Source: Alphaproteobacteria bacterium (GTDB lineage Bacteria > Pseudomonadota > Alphaproteobacteria > GCA-2731375). Taken from it: a DNA stretch of 49,381 nucleotides. Numbering within the stretch: position 1 is the first letter of the stretch; each line of letters starts with the position of its first letter. Under the pieces are notes generated by a model, which saw only the letters and a list, made by a program, of their open reading frames with translations, was not told the DNA's origin and searched no databases. Made by a program: the position numbers and the translations under genes. Shown here piece after piece: positions 37,376 to 47,374 of this stretch. Location of the stretch: positions 1-49,381 of the forward strand of contig JAKZRK010000046.1 of NCBI GenBank assembly GCA_047518225.1, read 5' to 3'.

Positions 37376-37756
37376 TTACGCCACATCCCCGTTATCAATG
37401 GCCGCTTCACCAGGGCCATCCTCGGCTGGGGCGGGATCGGCCACCAGAACTTGCGATTCATCAATATTGTCGGCGAACTGGTGGCTCAACATTTGCGCCT
37501 CCATATCGTCCTCTTCCGGCTCGTCCACCTCTACATGGCGCTGCATGGACTGTATGACGTTATCGCGCAAGGTGTCGGCGGAGATCGTTTCCTCGGCGAT
37601 TTCGCGCAGGGCAATGACCGACTGTTTGTCCCGCTCCTCGGGCACGGTTAACTCCGCCCCGGCGGAAATCTGCCGGGCGCGACCGGCCGCGATCAAAACC
37701 AGATCGAACCGGTTCGGTACTTTATCAATGCAATCTTCAACGGTAACACGAGCCAT
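37376..37756 (-). CDS. rpoZ: RNA polymerase omega subunit
   Basis: MARVTVEDC...NRFDLVL..A.RARQI...ALREIAE. Confidence 0.97.
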   Translation of the reverse strand: MARVTVEDCIDKVPNRFDLVLIAAGRARQISAGAELTVPEERDKQSVIALREIAEETISADTLRDNVIQSMQRHVEVDEPEEDDMEAQMLSHQFADNIDESQVLVADPAPAEDGPGEAAIDNGDVA

Positions 37757-37881
37757 GTTCGTTATATCTCCACTGCTCTGTCCGGAGCCCTAAACGCGGC
37801 GCTATAAATAAGTCCGCAAAGGCCGCAATTCAAGGCTCATGTAAAGCACATTTGCCAATAGTGCAAATGGCTTAGACCATC

Positions 37882-38385
37882 TCAATCGGTTATTTTTTGC
37901 AATTTCTGCCCACCGCCCAGCGCCGCCAGCAATTCCGCCGCCGATTTCCCGGTTACCGGATGGCGCCAAGACGGTACAAGATCGGCCAGGGGCGCCAGCA
38001 CAAAGGCGCGCTCGTGCAAGCGGGCATGGGGCAATACCAAACCGTCCTCGCCGGGGCCGGCGATGATGCGTTCACCATAGGCCAGCAAATCCAGATCGAT
38101 AATACGCGCGGCCCAGCGCACCCCCCGCCGGCGCCCCAGGCGGGCTTCCACCCGATGCAACAGAGCCAGCAGAGCCTGTGGCGCCAGGGCCGTTTCGATC
38201 TGGGCCACGCCGTTGATAAACCAGGGTTGATCCGACACCGGAACGGGGGCGGAACGATACCAGGGCGAACAGCCACGCAGACGCACGCCCGCATGCTGTA
38301 TTCTATCCAGCGCCGCGCCAAGCACCCGGACTGGGCTCCCGAATTCCGGCGAATCAAGATTGCCGCCAAGGCCAACCAGTATCAT
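37882..38385 (-). CDS. folK: 6-hydroxymethyl-7,8-dihydropterin pyrophosphokinase
   Basis: GLGGNL, QPWFIN, ARIIDLDLL and LPH..LHERAFVL motifs. Confidence 0.95.
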   Translation of the reverse strand: MILVGLGGNLDSPEFGSPVRVLGAALDRIQHAGVRLRGCSPWYRSAPVPVSDQPWFINGVAQIETALAPQALLALLHRVEARLGRRRGVRWAARIIDLDLLAYGERIIAGPGEDGLVLPHARLHERAFVLAPLADLVPSWRHPVTGKSAAELLAALGGGQKLQKITD

Positions 38386-38574
38386 CGTCCACCACGGCTA
38401 ATCGGACAAAATGGAATATTATCGGCCAACGCCACGAACATAGGTGGCTCCTTACTCAATTTCCGTGTAGAACGGCGTCGCGGCATGGAATTTGTTTTCA
38501 GGCCATCCCGCATACCTGACGAACGCAATATTTTTCATACATACATTCAATTCAATTTCAAAATAGGAATTTTC

Positions 38575-39243
38575 ATGAACATTCAATCCGAGCGCATTGC
38601 CTTATTCATCGACGGCTCCAACCTGTATGCAGCCGCCCGGGCCCTGGGATTCGATATCGATTACAAGAAGTTACTGGAATACTTTGCGGGCCGCGGCTAT
38701 CTGGTCCGGGCGCTCTATTACACGGCGCTAATCGAGGATCAGGAATATTCACCCATCCGTCCCCTGGTCGATTGGCTGGATTATAATGGCTATACCATGG
38801 TGACCAAACCGACCAAGGAATTCACCGACGCGTCCGGCCGACGCAAAATCAAGGGCAACATGGATATCGAGTTGGCCGTGGATATGTTGGAAATGGCCGA
38901 CAGTTTGGATCATCTCTATGTTTTTTCCGGCGATGGCGATTTCCGCCGTCTGGTACAAGCCGTGCAGCGCAAGGGTAAGCGCGTGACCGTCGTGTCAACC
39001 GTGCGCTCCTCGCCGCCGATGGCGGCGGACGAGTTGCGGCGCCAGGCCGATGTTTTTCTGGAACTGGAAAAACTAATCCCCGAGATCTCCCGTAACAGCA
39101 ACCGCCAGTCGGCGCCCGGTTTGCCCACCGGGGCCAGACAACAGCCCATTCCTGCGGGAGAAAATGACGATCATTACGCCGATGACGGTGACGATTATGA
39201 AGAATTCGGTGACTACGACGATGGCGAGAGCCAAAGCGCCTGA
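38575..39243 (+). CDS. NYN-domain (LabA/DUF88) protein
   Basis: FIDGSNL, KGNMDIELAVD, FSGDGDF and ELRRQAD motifs. ATG at 38575. Typical position divergent from folK. Confidence 0.92.
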   Translation: MNIQSERIALFIDGSNLYAAARALGFDIDYKKLLEYFAGRGYLVRALYYTALIEDQEYSPIRPLVDWLDYNGYTMVTKPTKEFTDASGRRKIKGNMDIELAVDMLEMADSLDHLYVFSGDGDFRRLVQAVQRKGKRVTVVSTVRSSPPMAADELRRQADVFLELEKLIPEISRNSNRQSAPGLPTGARQQPIPAGENDDHYADDGDDYEEFGDYDDGESQSA

Positions 39244-39905
39244 TGGCGCAAACCGGGCCACAACCCGCCGATCCGCCACCGGATTGTTGCCTTTGCCCGC
39301 GTCTGGCGGCGTTTCGGCGGGAAAACCAGGAAAAACAGCCCGATTGGTTCAATGGCGCCGTTGCAAGCTTTGGTGATCCAAACGCCCGCCTGTTGATCGT
39401 TGGCCTGGCCCCGGGCCTATCCGGCGCCAATCGCACGGCCCGCCCCTTCACCGGCGATTTCGCGGGCGATCTATTGTATCAAACGCTGGCGGAGAATGGT
39501 TTTTCCACCGGCACCTACGACCGCCGGGCCGATGATGGGTTGAACCTGGTGGATTGCCGGATTACCAACGCTGTGCGCTGTGTACCACCGCAAAACAAAC
39601 CCATTGGCGCCGAGATCAAGACCTGCCGGCGGTTTCTCGTGGGGCAGTTGGTGCAATCGCCAAAGCCGCGGGCAATCCTGGCCTTGGGGCGGATTGCCCA
39701 TGACAGTTTGCTGACAACCCTGGAACGGCGCCGGGCCGCTTATCCCTTTGCCCATAATGCCCGCCATGACCTGGGCGATGGACGCACCCTGTATGACAGC
39801 TATCACTGCTCCCGCTACAACACCAACACTAGGCGCCTGACGGTGGATATGTTCAGGGCGGTGTTCGCCGGCATTCGCACCGATCTGGACGCCCGGGGCA
39901 CATAG
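39243..39905 (+). CDS. Uracil-DNA glycosylase, family 5 (UdgB-like, Fe-S)
   Basis: CCLCPRL, VGLAPG..GANRT.RPFTGD, RCVPPQNKP and YHCSRYNTNT motifs. Confidence 0.92.
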   Translation: MAQTGPQPADPPPDCCLCPRLAAFRRENQEKQPDWFNGAVASFGDPNARLLIVGLAPGLSGANRTARPFTGDFAGDLLYQTLAENGFSTGTYDRRADDGLNLVDCRITNAVRCVPPQNKPIGAEIKTCRRFLVGQLVQSPKPRAILALGRIAHDSLLTTLERRRAAYPFAHNARHDLGDGRTLYDSYHCSRYNTNTRRLTVDMFRAVFAGIRTDLDARGT

Positions 39906-39912
39906 CAAGATC

Positions 39913-40175
39913 TAGAGCGGTTCCGGGCTATTCTGGGTCATTTGACCGCCCACCAAGACCCCGTGGGTAGGCGCGGTTCGCAGGTCGATGTGGGACATCG
40001 TCCAAGAACCGTAACGCCGCCACGGGGCCTTGGTGAGCGGCCTTCGGTGGCGACCCTAAGCCATTCGGATGCGTTGCGCCGCTTGCCCGATATACCATAT
40101 CGCGCTACGCGACGCGCCTGCCCGAATGGCTTATGGACGCCATCAAATGATTCACAATAGCCCGGAAACGCTCTA
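39913..40175. mobile_element. 263-bp MITE-like element with about 33-bp terminal inverted repeats and TA ends
   Basis: Left tagagcggttccgggctattctgggtcatttga versus right (reverse complement) tagagcgtttccgggctattgtgaatcatttga, 29/33 identical. Internal 12-bp stem at 40057-40068 / 40122-40133. No ORF of note. Confidence 0.85.
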
Positions 40176-40931
40176 ATTTCCATGCCGCAGGATGTGGCGG
40201 TGATCGGCGGCATACAGGCGGCTGTCGGTGGCTTCATCCGTATCCAGCACCCGCCCCACCAAGACCAGGGCCGTGCGGGTCAGCTTGGCCGCCCGCACTT
40301 TCTCGCGGATATCGGCCAGGGTACCGCGGATAATTTCCTGATCGGGCCAGCTGGCGCGATAGATCAGGGCCACGGGGCAGTCCGCGCCATAGTGCGGGAT
40401 CAAATCGCGGCAAACCTGGCGTAGGTTGCGGGCCGATAGATGGATCGCCAATGTTGCCCCGGAGCGGCCCAATTCCGCTAAATTCTCCCCTGGCGGCATG
40501 GCTGAACTTTTCATGGCCGTGCGGGTCAGTATGATGGTTTGGCTGACGTCCGGCAGGGTCAGTTCCAAGCCCAGGGCGGCGGCGCAGGCGGCAAACGCCG
40601 GCACGCCGGGGGTGATGGCGTAGTCGATGCCCAGGGTCTTCAAACGTTTGATCTGTTCGCCAATGGCGCCGTAAAGCGACGGGTCGCCGGAATGCACGCG
40701 GGCCACGTCCTGGTTTTTCCCATGCGCCGCTTCAATCTCCGCCATGATCTCGTCCAGATTCATCGGCGCGGTATCGATAACGCGGGCTTTGGGGGAGGCA
40801 AATGCGACCACCTCCGCCGGCACCAGAGAGCCGGCGTACAGACAGACCGGACAAGCGGCGATCAGGTCGCGGCCGCGCAGGGTAATCAGGTCCGGCGCGC
40901 CGGGCCCCGCGCCGACGAAATGCACGGTCAT
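40173..40931 (-). CDS. cobM: Precorrin-4 C11-methyltransferase
   Basis: [41 protein letters not shown] and SRLY motifs. Confidence 0.95.
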   Translation of the reverse strand: MTVHFVGAGPGAPDLITLRGRDLIAACPVCLYAGSLVPAEVVAFASPKARVIDTAPMNLDEIMAEIEAAHGKNQDVARVHSGDPSLYGAIGEQIKRLKTLGIDYAITPGVPAFAACAAALGLELTLPDVSQTIILTRTAMKSSAMPPGENLAELGRSGATLAIHLSARNLRQVCRDLIPHYGADCPVALIYRASWPDQEIIRGTLADIREKVRAAKLTRTALVLVGRVLDTDEATDSRLYAADHRHILRHGN

Positions 40932-42739
40932 GCCATCTCCTTGGTGTTGGGGCTATGCTTGGCGCCATAGCCGCGCGGTGTATAGACCGACCAGGTGCCA
41001 TCGCCGCGCATGCGGGCGCGGGTTTCGGAGGAGCCGACCATGACCAGGGTCAACATATCCACATCGTCGACTTGCAGGTCCTTCAGGGCCAGCACGGTCA
41101 ATTGTTCGCCGGCGCGGCCCATATCGCGGGCCAGGATGACCGGCGTGTCGCCGGGCCGGTGCCGCAACAGAATTTCGCGCGCCACGGCCAACAGATCGCG
41201 GCGGCGTTTACTGACCGGATTATAAAACGAGATGACGAAATCGCCCGCCGCCGCCGCCTCCACCCGTTGCAAAATGACCTCCCGTGGCGTTAACAAATCC
41301 GATAGAGAGATGGCGCAGAAATCGTGACCTAACGGCGCTCCGGCACGCAGTGCGGCGGCCTGCATGGCGGATATGCCGGGCGATAATTCCATCGATATGC
41401 GGTCCCAATGCGCCGGCATGTCATCCTGGTCCAGCAACTCGTGCGCCAATGCCCCCATGGCATAGACCCCGGCATCGCCCGACGAGACCAGGGCGACATT
41501 GCGGCCCTGGGCCGCCAGATCGATGGCAAAGCGCACCCGCGCCTCTTCCTCGCCCAGGTCATAGGCGTGGCATTCCTTATCCACGATCAGATCGGCGATC
41601 AGTTCCAGATAAAGGCCATAGCCGACAATAACCTCCGCCCGGCGTAAGGCGGCTTCCGCCGCGCCCGTGCGCCAGTCCGCGCGGCCCGGTCCGATGCCGA
41701 CAATGGCCAGATGTCCCCGCGCCGAACCCAGGGTCATGGGGTCGATGATTTTGTTCGACCGGGCAATGGCGCAGGTGGCGCGCCGGCTCTTGCGTTTTTC
41801 AACCAGCAAATCCCCCCCGGCGGCCCCCACAGCGGCCAATGCCGCCGCCTCCGCCACGCCGGCGACGCCGACTTCCGCCTTTACAATATCCGAGGGGTTG
41901 GCAAGGCGGCCTTCCTGGGCCTGAAGGGCCGCCAGATCAAAAAACCGCGCCGGAACGCCGAAATGCGCGGCGGCTGCGTGAACGGCCCTTTCGTCCATCT
42001 TTAAGTCAAGCGAGAAGACACCGGCCAGGGATTGGGCGGGGAGGTTCTCCACCGCCAAGGTTTCCGTGATCAGCCGGATCATTTCTTCCGGCGCCGTGCC
42101 GCGTTCGCACCCGAGGCCCAGGGCCAGGGTTTGTAAATGGTAAACCAGATGCCGGCCATCGCCCGCCAGGGGCGTATCGGCAATCGTGATCCTCAGCGGC
42201 CCGTCGTCGGCTTGCGGCAGGCTGGAGACGCGCAGCCAACCGCCGTCGCCCTCGATCTTCACTGATGCCCCTTCGCCCAAGGCCACGATAAAGCTTTTCA
42301 CATCTTCCGGATTGGCGAGCCGCCAACCGGTGGGTGGTTCATCCAGGGCGATTGCGAACATGGTGTCGCTGGCCGTGGTAATGGCCGGGACAACCTGGAG
42401 GATTTCGCCCATGCGCCGGGCCAGATCGTTGCCGCCATGATGGCCGCCCAGCAGGGGCACGATGGCGCTGCCGTCCTCCGCCGCCGCCAGCACGGGCGCA
42501 TCGTTATGTTTGCCGGCCAGAACGGGGGCAAGATGGCGAATGACGATGCCCGCGGCACAGAGTGCGATCAGCGGTTCGCCAGTTTTGAAATTATCCCGCA
42601 AAGCCGCCGCCACATCGTCAAAGGCGCGCACATCCGGCGCCTGTATGCGTTTGCCGTAGCCATGGATGACACCGCCCAACGCCGCCTGCAGGCGGCGCGC
42701 CGTATCCAGGCCCGCGTTGCTTAGGACCAGATAGTTCAC
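40928..42739 (-). CDS. cobJ: CbiG/CobE - precorrin-3B C17-methyltransferase fusion
   Basis: N-half has CbiG motifs ([32 protein letters not shown]). C-half has [28 protein letters not shown] and YTPRGY. Confidence 0.9.
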   Translation of the reverse strand: MNYLVLSNAGLDTARRLQAALGGVIHGYGKRIQAPDVRAFDDVAAALRDNFKTGEPLIALCAAGIVIRHLAPVLAGKHNDAPVLAAAEDGSAIVPLLGGHHGGNDLARRMGEILQVVPAITTASDTMFAIALDEPPTGWRLANPEDVKSFIVALGEGASVKIEGDGGWLRVSSLPQADDGPLRITIADTPLAGDGRHLVYHLQTLALGLGCERGTAPEEMIRLITETLAVENLPAQSLAGVFSLDLKMDERAVHAAAAHFGVPARFFDLAALQAQEGRLANPSDIVKAEVGVAGVAEAAALAAVGAAGGDLLVEKRKSRRATCAIARSNKIIDPMTLGSARGHLAIVGIGPGRADWRTGAAEAALRRAEVIVGYGLYLELIADLIVDKECHAYDLGEEEARVRFAIDLAAQGRNVALVSSGDAGVYAMGALAHELLDQDDMPAHWDRISMELSPGISAMQAAALRAGAPLGHDFCAISLSDLLTPREVILQRVEAAAAGDFVISFYNPVSKRRRDLLAVAREILLRHRPGDTPVILARDMGRAGEQLTVLALKDLQVDDVDMLTLVMVGSSETRARMRGDGTWSVYTPRGYGAKHSPNTKEMA

Positions 42740-43437
42740 GGCTCTATCCCAGCCTTGCGCACCAGGATCATGGCGAAATACGGCACCTCGTCCGGGTTCA
42801 CGTCGCGCAGGTTTTGCACCTGTTGCGCGGGCATGGTGGCATGGGCCACGTATCTGGCCTGATCCAGCAGGTTAAGCTGGCGCAGGACGCCGTAAACCTT
42901 GGGCGCATGGCGGCCCAGCTTGATGATTGCGGCCGCCTCGGCCCGCTCCAGGTGGCGGCGCAGATCCTCCGCCGGCATGGGTGCGGGCAGGACGCTCAAG
43001 ACCTCGTTGCGCGCCCCAAGGGGGCTCAGAGAGGCCCCGGCGCAGGCCATCAGGGAAGAGATGCCGGGCACGACCCGTACGGTAAATTCCTCTTGCAGGC
43101 GGCTGAATAGATACATGAAGCTGCCATAGAAAAATGGATCGCCCTCGCAGATCACGGCCACATCCTCGCCACCTCGTAGAATGGTGGCGATTTCCGCGGC
43201 GGCGTCGTCATAGGCCGTGCGGTCGGGAAAACGTTTCGGATCCAACGGCATGCGGATAATGATTTCGCGGCGGCCCTGGGGTATGTGCGGCGCGGCGATG
43301 GTGCGGGCCAGACTGTCGCCGGCCTCGGGCGCCGGATAGGCAATCACCGGCGCGGCTTGTAAAACCTTGTGCGCCTTCAGGGTAATCAAGTCCGGATCGC
43401 CGGGGCCGACGCCGACGCCATAAAGAATGCCGCTCAT
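42736..43437 (-). CDS. cobI: Precorrin-2 C20-methyltransferase
   Basis: LYGVGVGPGDPDLITLKA and EGDPFFYGSF motifs. ATG 43437 overlaps the cobL stop. Confidence 0.94.
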   Translation of the reverse strand: MSGILYGVGVGPGDPDLITLKAHKVLQAAPVIAYPAPEAGDSLARTIAAPHIPQGRREIIIRMPLDPKRFPDRTAYDDAAAEIATILRGGEDVAVICEGDPFFYGSFMYLFSRLQEEFTVRVVPGISSLMACAGASLSPLGARNEVLSVLPAPMPAEDLRRHLERAEAAAIIKLGRHAPKVYGVLRQLNLLDQARYVAHATMPAQQVQNLRDVNPDEVPYFAMILVRKAGIEP

Positions 43438-44639
43438 GACTTGCCGCCCCGATATTGCGTCACCGCCCGCATGGCGCGCCAGGCGTGCAGATCGCCCATG
43501 CCGTCCATATGCGACACCGCGAGCCGCGTCATCCCGCCACCCTGGCGGCGCATAAAGCGAAACAATTCCCCTTCCCCTTCCGCACTGACGGCGTTCGCGA
43601 CCAACCGTCCGCCGGACGGCAGGGCGCGCCAACAGGCCTGCAACAACTTGCCATCGCTGAGGCCGCCACCGATGAAGATCACATCCGGCCTGGCCAGGCC
43701 TTTCAGGGCGGCGGGGGCCGTACCTTTAACGACCTGCAAATTGCCGATGCCCAGATTGTTCTGGTTGGCGCGGATATTGGCGATGCGGCTTGGCTTGCGT
43801 TCGATGGCGATGGCCCGGGCGGTGGGCTCGGCGCGTAAAAACTCGATGGCAATGGAACCGGCACCCGCGCCCACGTCCCACAAGATCTCGCCCGGAGCGG
43901 GGGCCAGCGCGGCCAGGGTTACCGCCCGCACCTCCCGCTTGGTCAACTGGCCGTCGTGTTGGAACAATTCGTCGGGCAGGCCGGCCGGCCGCATCAGGCG
44001 GGGCGCGTCGTGATCGGCAATGCAATGCAAGGCGATAGTGTTCAGATCCTTGACCTTGCGCCGCCAGGATTTGGCCGTGCCCTGGTGACGACTTTCCCTG
44101 GCCCCACCCATCTGTTCAAAGACCGTGATCCGGCTTTCGCCGTAGCCCATCGCCTTTAAAGACCGCGCCACCTGTTTCGGTGTGTCGCCATTCTCGCTGA
44201 GGATCAACAGCCGGGCGTTGGGACGCAGGTGCCGGTTCAAAAATCCTAAAGGGCGGCCATGCAGGGTCATGCAATCGACCTCCGCCAATGGCCAGCCCAA
44301 ACGGGCGCAGGCCAGGGAAAAAGCCGATTGTTTCGGTATCACCAAACATTGCGCCATGCCGATTTCCCTGGTCAGGGTGACGCCGACGCCATAGGACATG
44401 GGATCACCGGTGGCCAGCACGCAGACCTGCCTGCCCTTCAGGCCCTTGATCCTTGCCACGGTCTTGGCCAAGGGACTGTCCCAGGTCAGGCGCGGGCGCG
44501 GATCATCCGCCAACATGGCCAGATGCCGTTCGCCGCCGACGAAAATCTCCGCCCCTTCGACCACGGCACGGGCTGGCTCGCCCAGGCCCTCCAGGCCCTC
44601 TTCGCCAATGCCGATGATGGAGAGCCAGACCTTGGTCAT
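43434..44639 (-). CDS. cobL: Precorrin-6Y C5,15-methyltransferase (decarboxylating), CbiE-CbiT
   Basis: IIGIGEEG, LATGDPM, LHGRP, GQLTKREVR and WDVGAGAGS motifs. ATG 44639. Confidence 0.94.
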   Translation of the reverse strand: MTKVWLSIIGIGEEGLEGLGEPARAVVEGAEIFVGGERHLAMLADDPRPRLTWDSPLAKTVARIKGLKGRQVCVLATGDPMSYGVGVTLTREIGMAQCLVIPKQSAFSLACARLGWPLAEVDCMTLHGRPLGFLNRHLRPNARLLILSENGDTPKQVARSLKAMGYGESRITVFEQMGGARESRHQGTAKSWRRKVKDLNTIALHCIADHDAPRLMRPAGLPDELFQHDGQLTKREVRAVTLAALAPAPGEILWDVGAGAGSIAIEFLRAEPTARAIAIERKPSRIANIRANQNNLGIGNLQVVKGTAPAALKGLARPDVIFIGGGLSDGKLLQACWRALPSGGRLVANAVSAEGEGELFRFMRRQGGGMTRLAVSHMDGMGDLHAWRAMRAVTQYRGGKS

Positions 44640-45286
44640 GATGCAGCCGCCAGAGCATTGACGGCGGCGGCGGCAATGGCGCTGCCGCCACGGCGGCCAC
44701 CCAGGGTAAGATAGGGGATTTCCATCTCCGCCACGATCCCCGCATCGATCAGGGCCTGCTTGGATTCCGCCGCGCCGACAAATCCAACCGGAAAAGCTAA
44801 AATGACCGCGGGTTTGGGCGCGCCATCGGCCAGCAGTTCCAACAGGCGGAACAATGCCGTCGGCGCGTTGCCGATGCAGACAATGGCGCCGCCCAGGTGA
44901 CCGCGCCATCGTTCCACGGCCATGGCCGAACGGGTATCCCCGCGCGCCCGGGCGTCCTCGGCAACGCCATTCTCGTTCAGGGTACAGATAATGTTGTTTT
45001 GCGCGGGCAGGGCGCGGCCGATAATGCCGTGGCGCACCATCATGACGTCCACCAGGATGGGTGCGCCCAGACGCAACGCAGCCCGGCCCGCCGCCGCCGG
45101 ATTGCCACCCCAGGCCAGATCCGCGGGTAGATCGGTCATGCCGCAGGCGTGGATCAAGCGTATGGCCATGCCGTGCAGGTTTTCCGGCAGGCGGGATAAA
45201 TCCGCCTCCGCCCGCACAATGGCGAAGGACCTGTCGTAGATCGCCCGAGGATCACGTAGATAGTCGTAGGGGGCCGGATTGCCCAT
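44636..45286 (-). CDS. cobH: Precorrin-8X methylmutase
   Basis: IYDRSFA, RLIHACG, IGNAPTAL, PVGFVGAAESK and RRGGS motifs. Confidence 0.95.
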   Translation of the reverse strand: MGNPAPYDYLRDPRAIYDRSFAIVRAEADLSRLPENLHGMAIRLIHACGMTDLPADLAWGGNPAAAGRAALRLGAPILVDVMMVRHGIIGRALPAQNNIICTLNENGVAEDARARGDTRSAMAVERWRGHLGGAIVCIGNAPTALFRLLELLADGAPKPAVILAFPVGFVGAAESKQALIDAGIVAEMEIPYLTLGGRRGGSAIAAAAVNALAAAS

Positions 45287-45293
45287 GTTCGTC

Positions 45294-46325
45294 CTATTTC
45301 TTCAACATACTGCGCGGACCCAGGGGGTGATCCGCATGGGGGTAAGGATGATGGTCATGATCGTGGCCGTGCGAATGGCCGTGATCATGTCCATGGTCAT
45401 GGCCCTGATGCACGTGGGCCGTGGGGTCGAATTCCGCATCGGAAATCTTGCCCGTACCGATGCCTTCCACATGGTGGTGGTGGCTTTCCTGGGGCAGGCC
45501 AACATGGGCTTCAAAGCCCAGAACCTGCTCGCGGTAGACGCACATCTGGCAGTTCATGTTGTTGGCGCCATCCAGGGCCTCCCCGACCCGGTCGGCGAAG
45601 GCGTCCAGCACCAGGGGATGATCGTTCAGATACGGGGCTTTGACGAATTCGATCTCCGGATGCTGGGCCGCCACCTCGTCCGTATAATGATAAATGCGCC
45701 GAACCAGGATACCGGTGAACAGGAAATAGGGGAAAACGATAATCCGCTTATAGCCCAGCTTTGCCGCGTGCTGCAGGCCCGGCTCCACCAGGGGAAAGGT
45801 GACGCCGGAAAAGGCCACCTCCGCCCAGCCGAACCCCAGACCTTCCCACAACAGGCGGCAGACTTTCGCGATATTGGAATTGGCGTCGGGATCGGAGGCG
45901 CCGCGGCCAACCACGACCAGCAGGGTTTCCTGCCGACTGATGTGATCGCCGGCCGTGGCCATGGCCTCCCGCACCCGGTCGCCGGCGGCGCGGATCAGCT
46001 TCATATCCAGGCCCAGATCGCGGCCATAGGTAATCTCCAGATCCGGGTGCTGGGCGGCATAGGTGTTGATGACGGAGGGCAGATCGGTTTTCACATGACC
46101 GGCGGCAAACAGCATGCCGGGTACCGCAATAATGCGTTTGTTGCCCCTCTGGCGCAGCGCCTCCAACCGCTCGCGTATGATCGGCGTGGCGAATTCCAGA
46201 AAGCCGCTGTCCACGTCATATTGCGGCAGGCGGGCGCGGATGCCGTCCGCGACGCTTTGAAATTCAGTCACCGCGTCCACGTCCCGGCTGCCGTGGCCGC
46301 ACACCATAATGCCTATCTTGGTCAT
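45294..46325 (-). CDS. cbiX: CbiX-type sirohydrochlorin chelatase with an MxCxxC motif and His-rich tail
   Basis: CGHGSRD, FLEFA, LFAAGHVK, FLFTG, MNCQMC and a C-terminal HHHH...HDHGHDHGHSHGHDH tract. ATG 46325. Confidence 0.9.
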   Translation of the reverse strand: MTKIGIMVCGHGSRDVDAVTEFQSVADGIRARLPQYDVDSGFLEFATPIIRERLEALRQRGNKRIIAVPGMLFAAGHVKTDLPSVINTYAAQHPDLEITYGRDLGLDMKLIRAAGDRVREAMATAGDHISRQETLLVVVGRGASDPDANSNIAKVCRLLWEGLGFGWAEVAFSGVTFPLVEPGLQHAAKLGYKRIIVFPYFLFTGILVRRIYHYTDEVAAQHPEIEFVKAPYLNDHPLVLDAFADRVGEALDGANNMNCQMCVYREQVLGFEAHVGLPQESHHHHVEGIGTGKISDAEFDPTAHVHQGHDHGHDHGHSHGHDHDHHPYPHADHPLGPRSMLKK

Positions 46326-46377
46326 GTTCGCCTCTGTTACTCTATTCTTGTGCCTGTATAATTCGATAGCCGTTTGC

Positions 46378-47373
46378 ATGTTCGAAATTGTTTTTCCTGT
46401 TTTGACGGTTGCTGGCTGGGGCCTTGGCGTTCAGGCGGCTTTTCTCGCCCTGGCCCTGGACTTGCTGTTCGGCGAGCCAAAGTGGCTTTATGTCCGCATT
46501 CCCCATCCCATCGTCTGGATCGGTGCCTTGATTTCGGGCCTTGAGGCCCGCTTGTACCGCCCCCAGCATGGTGCGCCGGGGCAAATCGCCTCGGGCGCGG
46601 TATTGGTGGTGATAACCGTGGCGCTGTGCGCCATCACAGGGGCCCTCGTCGCCTGGTTGGCCGCCTTCAGCGGCTACGGCTGGATCGTGACCGGCGTGAT
46701 CGGCTCTGTTTTTATCGCCGCCCGCAGCCTGCATGACCACGTGACTGCCGTGGCCCATGGCCTGTCGCAGAGTTTGGCTGAAGGACGCGGTGCCGTCCGC
46801 CATATCGTTGGCCGCGATCCCGGGCAATTGGACGAGGCCGGCGTTGCCCGTGCGGCGCTGGAATCCCTGGCCGAGAATTTTTCCGATGGCGTCGTGGCAC
46901 CCTTGTTCTGGTTCTTGCTGGCCGGTTTGCCGGGGTTGCTGGCCTATAAGGCGATCAACACCCTGGACAGCATGATCGGCCACCGCAATGCGCGTTACCT
47001 GTATTTTGGCCGGGTCGCGGCGCGCCTCGACGATCTGGTGAACTGGCCGGCGGCAAGAATAACAGGCGCCTTGCTGTGCCTGAGCGCGGTGCTGACGCCG
47101 GGCCTCAGCGCCTCCCGGGCCTGGCGCATCATGCGGCGCGATAGGGGCAAGCACACTTCGTCCAACGCCGGCTGGCCGGAAGCCGCCATGGCCGGCGCCT
47201 TGGGCGTGGCCCTGGCCGGGCCGCGCATCTATGACGGCAGGCCTACCCATGGCGCCTGGATCGGCGATGGCGACGGGCAAGCCGGGGCAGGGGATATCGC
47301 GCGCGGCTGCCGTCTGTACCGCTGGACCTGCGGCCTGATGGTTCTGGCCTTGTTGCTTGCCGCTTTGGCTTAA
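46378..47373 (+). CDS. cbiB: Adenosylcobinamide-phosphate synthase (CbiB / alphaproteobacterial CobD)
   Basis: HPIVWIG, VGRD, ESLAENFSDG, YKAINTLDSMIG and NAGWPEAAMAGALG motifs. Confidence 0.94.
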   Translation: MFEIVFPVLTVAGWGLGVQAAFLALALDLLFGEPKWLYVRIPHPIVWIGALISGLEARLYRPQHGAPGQIASGAVLVVITVALCAITGALVAWLAAFSGYGWIVTGVIGSVFIAARSLHDHVTAVAHGLSQSLAEGRGAVRHIVGRDPGQLDEAGVARAALESLAENFSDGVVAPLFWFLLAGLPGLLAYKAINTLDSMIGHRNARYLYFGRVAARLDDLVNWPAARITGALLCLSAVLTPGLSASRAWRIMRRDRGKHTSSNAGWPEAAMAGALGVALAGPRIYDGRPTHGAWIGDGDGQAGAGDIARGCRLYRWTCGLMVLALLLAALA

Positions 47374-47374
47374 T

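Noticed and set aside
37897-38574. N-terminal 226-aa extension of the NYN ORF
   Set aside because: Overlaps folK in antisense. NYN similarity begins at ATG 38575, which has an AGGA SD.
45330-45480. Repetitive catggt/gtgatc tract
   Set aside because: Explained by the His-rich coding tail of CbiX.
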